IMG/VR virus record: IMGVR_UViG_3300005805_009498
Coordinates: 1-64,000 of that record
Source: a virus
Taxonomy: Duplodnaviria; Caudoviricetes
Direction: 5' to 3' (one strand)
Length of the DNA stretch: 64,000 nt
This document shows, one piece after another, positions 56,216 through 63,745 of this stretch (position 1 is the first letter of the stretch; each line of letters starts with the position of its first letter). Under the pieces are notes generated by a model. The model was not told where the DNA came from and searched no databases. It saw nothing but the letters and a program-made list of their open reading frames with translations. Made by a program: the position numbers and the translations under genes.

Positions 56216-57268
56216 CTAAAATAAAGCGATGATTTTTGTTTTTCTCGTTGGTTTTCCTGTTTCAAAATCATACATGTATGAGTGTCTGGATAGATGTACG
56301 GATCCAGGTTTTTCCATACACTGTTCCGCGTATTTTTCAGGGTCCATCACATACCATTCATCTGGCCACCTAATGACCATATAATCATGGTCGTAAGAGA
56401 AATCGCTAATAAGTCTATTGAATTCCTTTACCGCATCTGATCTTTGTTGTCTTGTTCCGAAAAAAGGAGATCCTTTATACCATCCGGTTTTTGGGATCTT
56501 CCTTTCTTCGTGTTCTATGGGAAGAAGAGAAACCAACCAGACATTTTCTATTCCTCTATTGTCTTTAAGATCCTTTGCAAACTCTGCATATCTTTTAGCA
56601 AGATCAAGCAACGACGCCATTGGATCTTCCTGTCTAAAAATATGATGCCTAACGTCTATGTTACCCATGTAAAGGATCACGTTTTTGGTTCCTTCAGGGA
56701 AATTAAATTGATCCTTTTTGTTTAAAAACCCGTGTAAAGTTTGGCCATCGTTCCTGCTAATGTTTGCCCCTGGTTCATAGATAGAGACAGCATGACTGTC
56801 CCCATAGATGAAGGTTTTACTGTTAAGAACAACATCAATTCGAGGAATGGACTCTGATATGGACTTATATCGTGAGGCGTCAAGTTCAACCCACTCTTCG
56901 CATGCGCCCTTTGCTCTTGAATTTATGAATTCACCGATATCAGGCATATCGTGATTCAATATGAATATTTTTCCTTTAAATGATTCTAGCCTTTTTACCC
57001 TGTCTGCTACTTCCTTTGTTGCTCCTCCAAATAAGTTGAAAGTTCCTTGAAACTCCATAGGAAGAAGTATCAACCAAACATCGTAATTATGAATGTTATC
57101 GTCCTTAGTAAGGACATCGCATTCTATTTCAAGGCTGTTTAATTGACAGCGTATTAGATATGGCCAGGAGGATTTGTGGGATTCTTTTTTTCTGCTATAT
57201 GACGTAACAACGTCGTCTATGGCAATCCTTTTTCCCCTTAGATCATCAAGAGCATCATATATGTTCAT
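56216..57268 (-). CDS. Hybrid protein: T4 beta-glucosyltransferase-like N-terminal domain + SGNH hydrolase/acyltransferase domain
   Basis: N-term KRIAI...NYDVWLIL...FNLFGG...FKGKIFILNHD; C-term FIYGDSH, DGQT, YMGNID, GSVHLS. Confidence 0.65.
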   Translation of the reverse strand: MNIYDALDDLRGKRIAIDDVVTSYSRKKESHKSSWPYLIRCQLNSLEIECDVLTKDDNIHNYDVWLILLPMEFQGTFNLFGGATKEVADRVKRLESFKGKIFILNHDMPDIGEFINSRAKGACEEWVELDASRYKSISESIPRIDVVLNSKTFIYGDSHAVSIYEPGANISRNDGQTLHGFLNKKDQFNFPEGTKNVILYMGNIDVRHHIFRQEDPMASLLDLAKRYAEFAKDLKDNRGIENVWLVSLLPIEHEERKIPKTGWYKGSPFFGTRQQRSDAVKEFNRLISDFSYDHDYMVIRWPDEWYVMDPEKYAEQCMEKPGSVHLSRHSYMYDFETGKPTRKTKIIALF

Positions 57269-57270
57269 CT

Positions 57271-57537
57271 TTATTTCTTCTCGTTATGATAGTTCTCTAA
57301 ACCTTGGATGTATGCGACAGCATCTAAAAGATTATCCCTCTTATGCTGATAGCTCTCTCTGGAAAATTTAAGGGCTATGAGGGCCTTAAACATGTGATCC
57401 GCGCTAAGGTTCATCCCTGTCATACCGTTAAATATCATTGCGGCCCTTTCCATACCTTCGCTAAATGGGCCATATTGACGATCGGCTTCTTCCGATCGAT
57501 TGTTAACTATTTCTTCTGCTTGTGTTAATATGCTCAT
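57271..57537 (-). CDS. DUF6378-like all-alpha protein (possible nucleotide pyrophosphohydrolase); start revised to 57537
   Basis: ILTQAEEIVN..R...YGPF...AAMIF...LIALKFSRE...KRDNLLDAVAY. Confidence 0.75.
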   Translation of the reverse strand: MSILTQAEEIVNNRSEEADRQYGPFSEGMERAAMIFNGMTGMNLSADHMFKALIALKFSRESYQHKRDNLLDAVAYIQGLENYHNEKK

Positions 57538-57567
57538 AGATTTATTATACATTGTTAGATAGAATTG

Positions 57568-57999
57568 TTATTTATCATAGCCGTTTTCGTTTATCCATCG
57601 CAAATACTTTTTTAGTTCCTTGTCCTCTACCGTTATGGAATATACGCCCTGTTGAAATATCTTCCATGAATCCGAGGCGTACTTTCCCACTCCAGGAAGG
57701 GATTCAACGGAATTTCCATCCCAATTTAACCATTTTTCAGAGAATTTTTTCCACATCTTTGCCCTTCTATTGTAAAATCCTAGAGGCCTTATTATGGATA
57801 TGATTTCCTCATCCGTTGCAGAACAAAGAGATTTTGCATCAGGAAAACGAGAGAAGAACTGGTTTCTTACCTTATCCACTTGTTTGTACCCGGTCTGATT
57901 AAGCATCATACAAACCAGGAGCATCTTCCATGGGTCGTCTTGATAGATTTCTTGACGATATTTAAAGGGACTGGTAGGGGGCTTTGTCGTTTTTTTCAT
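57568..57999 (-). CDS. Stand-alone MBD4-like HhH-GPD DNA glycosylase (143 aa); start revised to 57999
   Basis: QEIYQDDPWKMLLVCMMLNQT, IIRPLGFYNRRAK, HhH LPGVGKYASDSWKIF, VEDKELKKYLRW. Confidence 0.85.
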   Translation of the reverse strand: MKKTTKPPTSPFKYRQEIYQDDPWKMLLVCMMLNQTGYKQVDKVRNQFFSRFPDAKSLCSATDEEIISIIRPLGFYNRRAKMWKKFSEKWLNWDGNSVESLPGVGKYASDSWKIFQQGVYSITVEDKELKKYLRWINENGYDK

Positions 58000-58005
58000 G
58001 ATTCT

Positions 58006-58014
58006 AATATATAG
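58006..58014 (+). promoter_or_regulatory. Candidate late-promoter motif AATATATAG between divergent genes
   Basis: Lies in the 29-bp gap between the divergent starts at 57999 (-) and 58029 (+); TATATA core is self-complementary. Confidence 0.45.
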
Positions 58015-58028
58015 AAAAACTATATCTT

Positions 58029-58346
58029 GTGAAAACTTTTTTACAGATAAAAAGCATAAACGAATCGAAAGAAGGATACCAGGCATTAAAAGATCTAAAT
58101 AGATTACATAAGTTAGAGCTTGAGATACAGGATATCCAAAGAACGGTTGTGGAACTATTGGATAAGGCAAAGAAATATAAGATTGGAAGCAAGGAAAGAG
58201 AAAAGTTGGAAGAAAGAATGTTTAAGTTTATCGAAGAGAAGAAAAGCATTCAGGAAGAGATAGATTACGAAATTAGAATTTTTAAGCGCTCCATTGCTTT
58301 AATTGACACGGATGGACACTTAGACGTAGAAGATTTTTTTAATTAA
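58029..58346 (+). CDS. Small coiled-coil protein, possible internal head protein
   Basis: GTG start; N-terminus MKTFLQIKSINES resembles a capsid-targeting/cleavage sequence. Confidence 0.6.
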   Translation: MKTFLQIKSINESKEGYQALKDLNRLHKLELEIQDIQRTVVELLDKAKKYKIGSKEREKLEERMFKFIEEKKSIQEEIDYEIRIFKRSIALIDTDGHLDVEDFFN

Positions 58347-58358
58347 AAAACCTTAAGT

Positions 58359-58952
58359 ATGCCAGCAAGATCACAACAACAACAAAAAATAATGGGTTTA
58401 GCCCTTGCGTTCAAAAGAGGAGAAGTTCCATCTTCTGAAGTTAGCGATAAGGTTAAATCATTGGCAAAAACCATGAGCATGAAAGAATTAGAGGCTTATG
58501 CATCTACAAAGCATAAAGGCCTTCCAAAAAAAGTAAAGGAGTCAACAATGAACACACCCGGTTCTAAATTATCAACATTCGTTCAATTTATGCGCGAAAA
58601 AGAAGAAGACGTAGAAGACGTTGAAAAAATGGACAACGATGCAGAGATGGTCGATGATACAGACGTTGATGTGGAAATCGATACGGATGATGAAATGACC
58701 GGCGATGAGAAGATGATAAGTGTAAGATCTAGCTCTCCGATGAAACCGGTAAGAAACAAACATTCTTACGAATGGAGCGAGCCAGAATCAAAGATGATAC
58801 AGTATCAGTTAAAAAACATCATTGAAAATGCAGAGGAACTTATTCAGCTTGTCGAAGGCTGCGATGAAATTGAGGATTGGGTTCAATCAAAGGTTACCCT
58901 CGCAGATGATTACATCTCTACCCTAAGGGATTACATGAAACACAGGGACTAA
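58359..58952 (+). CDS. DUF3008-like N-terminal domain fused to acidic linker and a putative head-protein domain
   Basis: MPARSQQQQK...KRGE...MSMKELEAYASTKHKGLP; C-term EDWVQSKVTLADDYI. Confidence 0.65.
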   Translation: MPARSQQQQKIMGLALAFKRGEVPSSEVSDKVKSLAKTMSMKELEAYASTKHKGLPKKVKESTMNTPGSKLSTFVQFMREKEEDVEDVEKMDNDAEMVDDTDVDVEIDTDDEMTGDEKMISVRSSSPMKPVRNKHSYEWSEPESKMIQYQLKNIIENAEELIQLVEGCDEIEDWVQSKVTLADDYISTLRDYMKHRD

Positions 58953-58973
58953 ATAAAAACTCTATAGAAAAAG

Positions 58974-59000
58974 AAAAAGGGAGCATTAGCTCCCTTTTTT
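58974..59000 (+). terminator. Intrinsic terminator (bidirectional-looking) after the plus-strand pair
   Basis: AAAAAGGGAGC-ATTA-GCTCCCTTTTTT. Confidence 0.85.
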
Positions 59001-59025
59001 ATTGTTCGATAGTTGGCCTTGGACA

Positions 59026-59061
59026 AAAATAAAAAACCCTCTTGGTTTCCCAAGAGGGTTT
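59026..59061 (-). terminator. Intrinsic terminator of the major capsid gene
   Basis: 12-bp stem AAACCCTCTTGG-GAAA-CCAAGAGGGTTT followed by a T-tract on the minus strand. Confidence 0.9.
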
Positions 59062-59085
59062 ATTTAGAAATCTAGGTTTTCTAGA

Positions 59086-60921
59086 TTAGACTATACCTGC
59101 TGCAGGTGTTTCAACCCAGAATGTGTAGTATTGAGCTTCTGGATAGAATCCAGCGTCAACAAGAGCGTAACGGCTCTTAACAGCAATCTTAGGTGACATT
59201 GTTCCTTCAGCGATAGTGCTGATCGACTCCGCCATGAGGTAAGGCATGAACTTGATGCCTGGCTCGATGTCAGCGCCCTTACGACCAACGAGGATACGTG
59301 TATCGTTCCATGTCATGTTAGGATCAACGTAAACTGTCATTCCGAACAGCGTTCCTGCTGGATACAGCTGGCCGCTTGACTGGTTTAGGGTGTTATCGAA
59401 CGGAGCAAGAGAGAATCCCTTAACGATGTTGAGGGCCGAAAGCACCTGAGCATTTGTGACAACGAAGTTCGCTGGGCCACGACGACCACGTGTGTGGATC
59501 AGGTTCGAAGCCGCATGGATCTTGCTGACGATGCGCTGTTGTGCTGTCGAGAGGTTCTCGAAGTTTCCGTAATCTGCGTAAGCTGGGATGTTGTTTGTCC
59601 ATGAAAGCGCAGTGTTTGACTTACCAATGTACGATGACGTTGTTGCTGATACTGTCTGTGTTGGATCAAGCGAAAGGTTAAGTGTGAAACCTTGCGTTTG
59701 CTTAACATCGTAGTTGTTCTGCCATCCGAGTGCGAACGCGCGAGAAAGGATGTGCTTGTTGATCGACTGTGAAACTTCGTTAACAAGTACGCCTTCTGCC
59801 ATAGCGAGGATATCGATACCAAACTGGCGGTTCATGTCCTGGATTTGCTCAGTTGTTACGCTGATCGTTACCTGGAATGTTCCAGCTTGTACGTTCTTTG
59901 TGAACGTTTGGATACCCATTGCACGTGGATATGTTTCTTCTCCAGTTCCACGGCTCATAGGATCGTATGGCTTTGTTCCGTCTGTGAACGGTCCGTTCCA
60001 TGTGTTTGTATCATCTGCACCAGCTCCAGAGAAACCATAGATGTGATTCTCAAGGGCAGAAACATAACCTGGACGGAAAGGAGCGCCTGTTGTTCCATTT
60101 CCTGAAGCGTACGCTGTATCGTTTGGTTGACCCGAAGTTTCACCTACGATAGAAGAATACGTAGTGCCAGAACCAACGCCAAACGCATCAGCGATAGTTA
60201 CTGTGTTTGGATTTGTGCTAGCCTGATAATCAAGCGCAGAATCAAGCACACCAGTTGAAACAACCTTGAAAATTAGATCGCCCGTTACGAACGACTTACC
60301 AACATAAACAAGCTTTGCTGCGTCGCATTCTGCAAGTGTTACCTCATAGTCTGTTGTCTTTGAAGTATCAAGCGATGCCTCAAGAGGAACAGCATAGTAT
60401 GTAGATCCAACAGTTAGCTGTCCAGTATCTCCATCGTATACCTCAGTTGCAGGCATGCTAATCATGAGCGGCTGTGTCTTGTTTGCATCTTGACCTGATG
60501 TTGCGTAATCAAGCTTACCACCTGCATAGATGTAATCTAGATAAGGAAGGATTCCCGTCGGTCCTGGCATAGGTATAACAGAGACGATGTCGAAACCGAC
60601 TGTCTTTGCAGCAACCTGGATTGCCAAAGGAAGAAGCGATGGGAACTTATCACCTGATCCCTGATACGATGTGTTGTAAAAGTTAGCAGGCGTTACCATT
60701 GCTGTACCGAGGTTAACCGGTCCTTGACCAGGAACGTTAACAAGTTGAGCAAGACCAGTTCCCTGGAATGACTCGTTCATTGTGAAGCTTTCGTTCATCT
60801 GGTGGTAGTGGCAATACTTAGAGAGCCAGTTCTTCTTGTAACCTTCCTTGACTCCAACGGACTCAAGCATAGGCGACCACTCGTTGATGATCTGTGCTTC
60901 GTTCAAAAGCTGTAGATTCAT
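59086..60921 (-). CDS. gp23: Major capsid protein (T4 gp23-like)
   Basis: EWSPMLE, LLPLAIQVAAKTVGFDIVSVIPMPGPTG, RGRRGPANFVVT, GIKFMPY, PKIAVKSRYALV. Confidence 0.97.
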   Translation of the reverse strand: MNLQLLNEAQIINEWSPMLESVGVKEGYKKNWLSKYCHYHQMNESFTMNESFQGTGLAQLVNVPGQGPVNLGTAMVTPANFYNTSYQGSGDKFPSLLPLAIQVAAKTVGFDIVSVIPMPGPTGILPYLDYIYAGGKLDYATSGQDANKTQPLMISMPATEVYDGDTGQLTVGSTYYAVPLEASLDTSKTTDYEVTLAECDAAKLVYVGKSFVTGDLIFKVVSTGVLDSALDYQASTNPNTVTIADAFGVGSGTTYSSIVGETSGQPNDTAYASGNGTTGAPFRPGYVSALENHIYGFSGAGADDTNTWNGPFTDGTKPYDPMSRGTGEETYPRAMGIQTFTKNVQAGTFQVTISVTTEQIQDMNRQFGIDILAMAEGVLVNEVSQSINKHILSRAFALGWQNNYDVKQTQGFTLNLSLDPTQTVSATTSSYIGKSNTALSWTNNIPAYADYGNFENLSTAQQRIVSKIHAASNLIHTRGRRGPANFVVTNAQVLSALNIVKGFSLAPFDNTLNQSSGQLYPAGTLFGMTVYVDPNMTWNDTRILVGRKGADIEPGIKFMPYLMAESISTIAEGTMSPKIAVKSRYALVDAGFYPEAQYYTFWVETPAAGIV

Positions 60922-60941
60922 TTTTTCTTTATTTTTTAAAA

Positions 60942-62813
60942 TTATAATTTACCAATTAGACTCTTCTTAACCTGTTCGATATAAGAAGAATTGTTACCCT
61001 TCACGGACTCAATTGTGCTGTAAGGATTTACAGATTCGTTGAGGGTTTCCGTGACGTTTCCATTGAAGTTGACAACGTCAGGCCTTGTGGCCCAGAAGTT
61101 CCTTATCTGATAAGGCGTATCAAGCTTTATGTATTGAGCCTGGGACGCGATACGACGACGGCTTTCCTCTGAGAGGGATTCCCAAATAGGAGCGTACTCC
61201 GTTGGCATTTCCTTTATCCACTTTGGAAGACTTGCCTTCTTCCTCGATGCAGAAAGCGAAGATTCCCAAATGTTCACAACGTCCTTCTCCGTAAAGAATA
61301 TCGAGTTACTCATTGCCTCATTGACTATCTCTTTTTCAGTCAGCGGCAAGTCTATGAACTTCTTCCTTCTTTCTGGTGAAAGCAGTCTTAAGAACGGGAA
61401 CTTTGCTGATTCATTCAACGTCTGAACCTTCTCTTTTTTGGCTTCAGCTATCAAATGATTTACCTTTTCGGAAAGATTATCACCGGCCAACATTGATGCC
61501 TGTTTTTCTTTCCTCTTCTTAACCATTTTCTTTTCTTTTTCATTTATAGATTCAACAACGTAATCCGAATATTGTATGGCCTTGTCTGTCTGTTCAGCAA
61601 CATATTCGGTGTATCCTATAGAATGGTTTACCGCTTCTGCAAGATAATCGTTGTGCTTGATAGAAAGATCCAGATTTTCTCCTAGGTATTCGGAATAACC
61701 TATAGAATCGTTTAGATTCTCTGCCAGATAGTTTCCGTATTCTATTGAATCTTCGACCTTTTCTGCCAGATAATTACTGTAATTTATGTTTTGGTTTACC
61801 TTCTCTGAAATGTAGTTAGAATAAGAGATGTTCTTATCTAGATTTTCAGCGAGATAGTTTTGATAGCTGTCAGAAAGATTCAATCTCTCGGCTATGTAGT
61901 TTGAATAATCTATTGTGTCCGTCACCTTTCTCTTGAGCTTATTGACAGAGCTAATATTCGTGTCAACATTCTCTGAAAGATAGTTACAATAGTTTATTGT
62001 TCCATTGAGCTTCTCCGCAAGATAGTTTGTGTACTCTATCAACTTCGCCATGTTGTCGTCGTTAGAAGAAGCTCTGTTAACTCTCTTTATAAGACCCGAG
62101 AGTTTCTTCTCGAGTAATTCGATCTCTCTCTTAACAAGCTTTGAATACTCGTTGAGCTCAGAGACCTTTACCGTATCATCCTTTGGATTTGAGCCCATAA
62201 CTTTGTTATTTTTTTGTTGTTTTGTTTTTTCAATATCGCTAAATAATGAGCCCGGATCATACATCTCCGAAACATCATATATGTGTATGTTTGATTTTGC
62301 AGAAAAACCTAGAGATTCGTTCACCAGTGAAAGCTGAGCGTTTTCAAATCCTGGGTCTGCGACTAGATCGTAAGTAAATATTTTCTTAAGTTTGACCTTT
62401 TTATCTGAGCCAACCGTTCCTGCCGCCCTTGATGAAATCGAAAGAGGAACTCCCGCTTCAACCAATCGTTTTGCGGTGATTCCTGCATCTGTGTTTAAGA
62501 GTCTTACCTTGCCCTTAAGACACCTTGTTGACTTATCGTATTCAAGATTTTCTATTATGTGAGATACCTTTTGCAGAGAAACATCAAACTTCTCTGGATG
62601 GTCCAATTCTCCCATAAGTCTCTTTGACTTTATCTTATCGCGAAGATAATCGAGGTGTGGAAGGTATTCGTTTTCCTCGTATATCCTATCGTTGTTATTT
62701 ACAACTCCAAACTGGGCAAATATTCCCTCTAGAACTATATCTCCGTTGCCTTCGTTCTTGGATTCGAGGATTGAACTGGAATTTTCCAGTATTAAAAGAA
62801 CCTTTTGATCCAT
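60942..62813 (-). CDS. gp21: Prohead protease (gp21-like) fused to a 14-aa-repeat scaffold domain
   Basis: VLEGIF...NNNDRIY, LMGELDHP, GVPLSISSRAAG, TYDLVADPGF; then about ten Y-x-x-YLAE-x-L repeats. Confidence 0.92.
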   Translation of the reverse strand: MDQKVLLILENSSSILESKNEGNGDIVLEGIFAQFGVVNNNDRIYEENEYLPHLDYLRDKIKSKRLMGELDHPEKFDVSLQKVSHIIENLEYDKSTRCLKGKVRLLNTDAGITAKRLVEAGVPLSISSRAAGTVGSDKKVKLKKIFTYDLVADPGFENAQLSLVNESLGFSAKSNIHIYDVSEMYDPGSLFSDIEKTKQQKNNKVMGSNPKDDTVKVSELNEYSKLVKREIELLEKKLSGLIKRVNRASSNDDNMAKLIEYTNYLAEKLNGTINYCNYLSENVDTNISSVNKLKRKVTDTIDYSNYIAERLNLSDSYQNYLAENLDKNISYSNYISEKVNQNINYSNYLAEKVEDSIEYGNYLAENLNDSIGYSEYLGENLDLSIKHNDYLAEAVNHSIGYTEYVAEQTDKAIQYSDYVVESINEKEKKMVKKRKEKQASMLAGDNLSEKVNHLIAEAKKEKVQTLNESAKFPFLRLLSPERRKKFIDLPLTEKEIVNEAMSNSIFFTEKDVVNIWESSLSASRKKASLPKWIKEMPTEYAPIWESLSEESRRRIASQAQYIKLDTPYQIRNFWATRPDVVNFNGNVTETLNESVNPYSTIESVKGNNSSYIEQVKKSLIGKL

Positions 62814-62847
62814 GTTTTTTTATTTTATTAAGTGTATTACCTCTTTG

Positions 62848-62856
62848 CTATATATC
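62848..62856 (-). promoter_or_regulatory. Candidate late-promoter motif GATATATAG upstream of the protease/capsid genes
   Basis: Exact 9-mer, intergenic, 34 nt upstream of the ATG. Confidence 0.55.
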
Positions 62857-62872
62857 AATAGTTTTAGAAAAA

Positions 62873-63727
62873 TTAAGTTAAGAACAAATTTCTCTCGGTT
62901 TCTCTTCTTCTTGTCAAGCCCTTTAACACCTTGCCTTTTGATTTATTCCATTTTGAAAAATCTGCAGCCGCCCCCTGATAATCCTTATCGTTAAGTTTTG
63001 TAAGAAGCGAGCTTTTCTTTAGGTTTCCTCCGCCCACGTTATATGTAAATGAAACCAACGCGTCATATTGGTTTTGGCTCAGAGGGACTTTTACGTATTT
63101 CTTTACGTAGTTTTCGTATCCTACAACCTTCTTTCTTAAAAGGGCATCGGCCTGTTGTTCGGTCATGGAGGTATACTCCCCGGGTTTCATCGTGACGCCG
63201 TATCCGATGGTTAATTTTCCGCCCGCACAGATGTATGGAGTGGATCTAAATCCCTCGAATTTTTTTATGAGGTTTATTCCGTTTTCGGATATTGAAATCC
63301 CTAAAACGTTTGACGGTATCGATTTTTTCTGCGTTTCGGCGTTGGATAAATTTTTAGAATCTTTAGGGTTCTCTTCGGATTTGGTTTCTTGCTTTTTACT
63401 TAAGGATATCTGGTTGTTTATTTTAGCAGATAATGAATTAGCAATTTCCTTTGTTATTGGATCCGATTCTATTGTTGTACGTATATCTATAGAATCTATC
63501 GAAGAATTTATACTTTCTCCCGAATTTAAAAGCGATACTAATTTATCCCTGTCAAATGTTATTTCGGTTGCGTACGAATCGGAATTTTTAGGTTCGTTCC
63601 CTGAGACTATTTCCCTTATATTGTTTATATCGTCTTCCGAAAATCCGTTAGAGGCAACAGAAAACGATCGTACGAATGGTACGTAGTATTTTATTTCCGA
63701 TTTGCTTTCTAGTATGAAGGATCTCAT
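62873..63727 (-). CDS. GH24 lysozyme with ~135-aa N-terminal extension
   Basis: ISENGINLIKKFEG, E-x8-C-x5-T catalytic triad, LSQNQYDALVSFTYNVG, GLTRRRETE. Confidence 0.92.
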   Translation of the reverse strand: MRSFILESKSEIKYYVPFVRSFSVASNGFSEDDINNIREIVSGNEPKNSDSYATEITFDRDKLVSLLNSGESINSSIDSIDIRTTIESDPITKEIANSLSAKINNQISLSKKQETKSEENPKDSKNLSNAETQKKSIPSNVLGISISENGINLIKKFEGFRSTPYICAGGKLTIGYGVTMKPGEYTSMTEQQADALLRKKVVGYENYVKKYVKVPLSQNQYDALVSFTYNVGGGNLKKSSLLTKLNDKDYQGAAADFSKWNKSKGKVLKGLTRRRETERNLFLT

Positions 63728-63731
63728 GATC

Positions 63732-63740
63732 CTATATACT
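63732..63740 (-). promoter_or_regulatory. Candidate late-promoter variant AGTATATAG, 4 nt before the lysozyme ATG
   Basis: In an 18-bp intergenic gap. Confidence 0.45.
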
Positions 63741-63745
63741 ATTTT

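Noticed and set aside
57568-58170. 200-aa version of the glycosylase ORF
   Set aside because: The N-terminal 57 codons overlap the divergent gene at 58029 and the promoter motif; homology begins after ATG 57999
94-63686. Numerous 60-170-aa ORFs antisense to or nested in long genes
   Set aside because: Shadow ORFs with no recognisable motifs, fully overlapping well-supported genes
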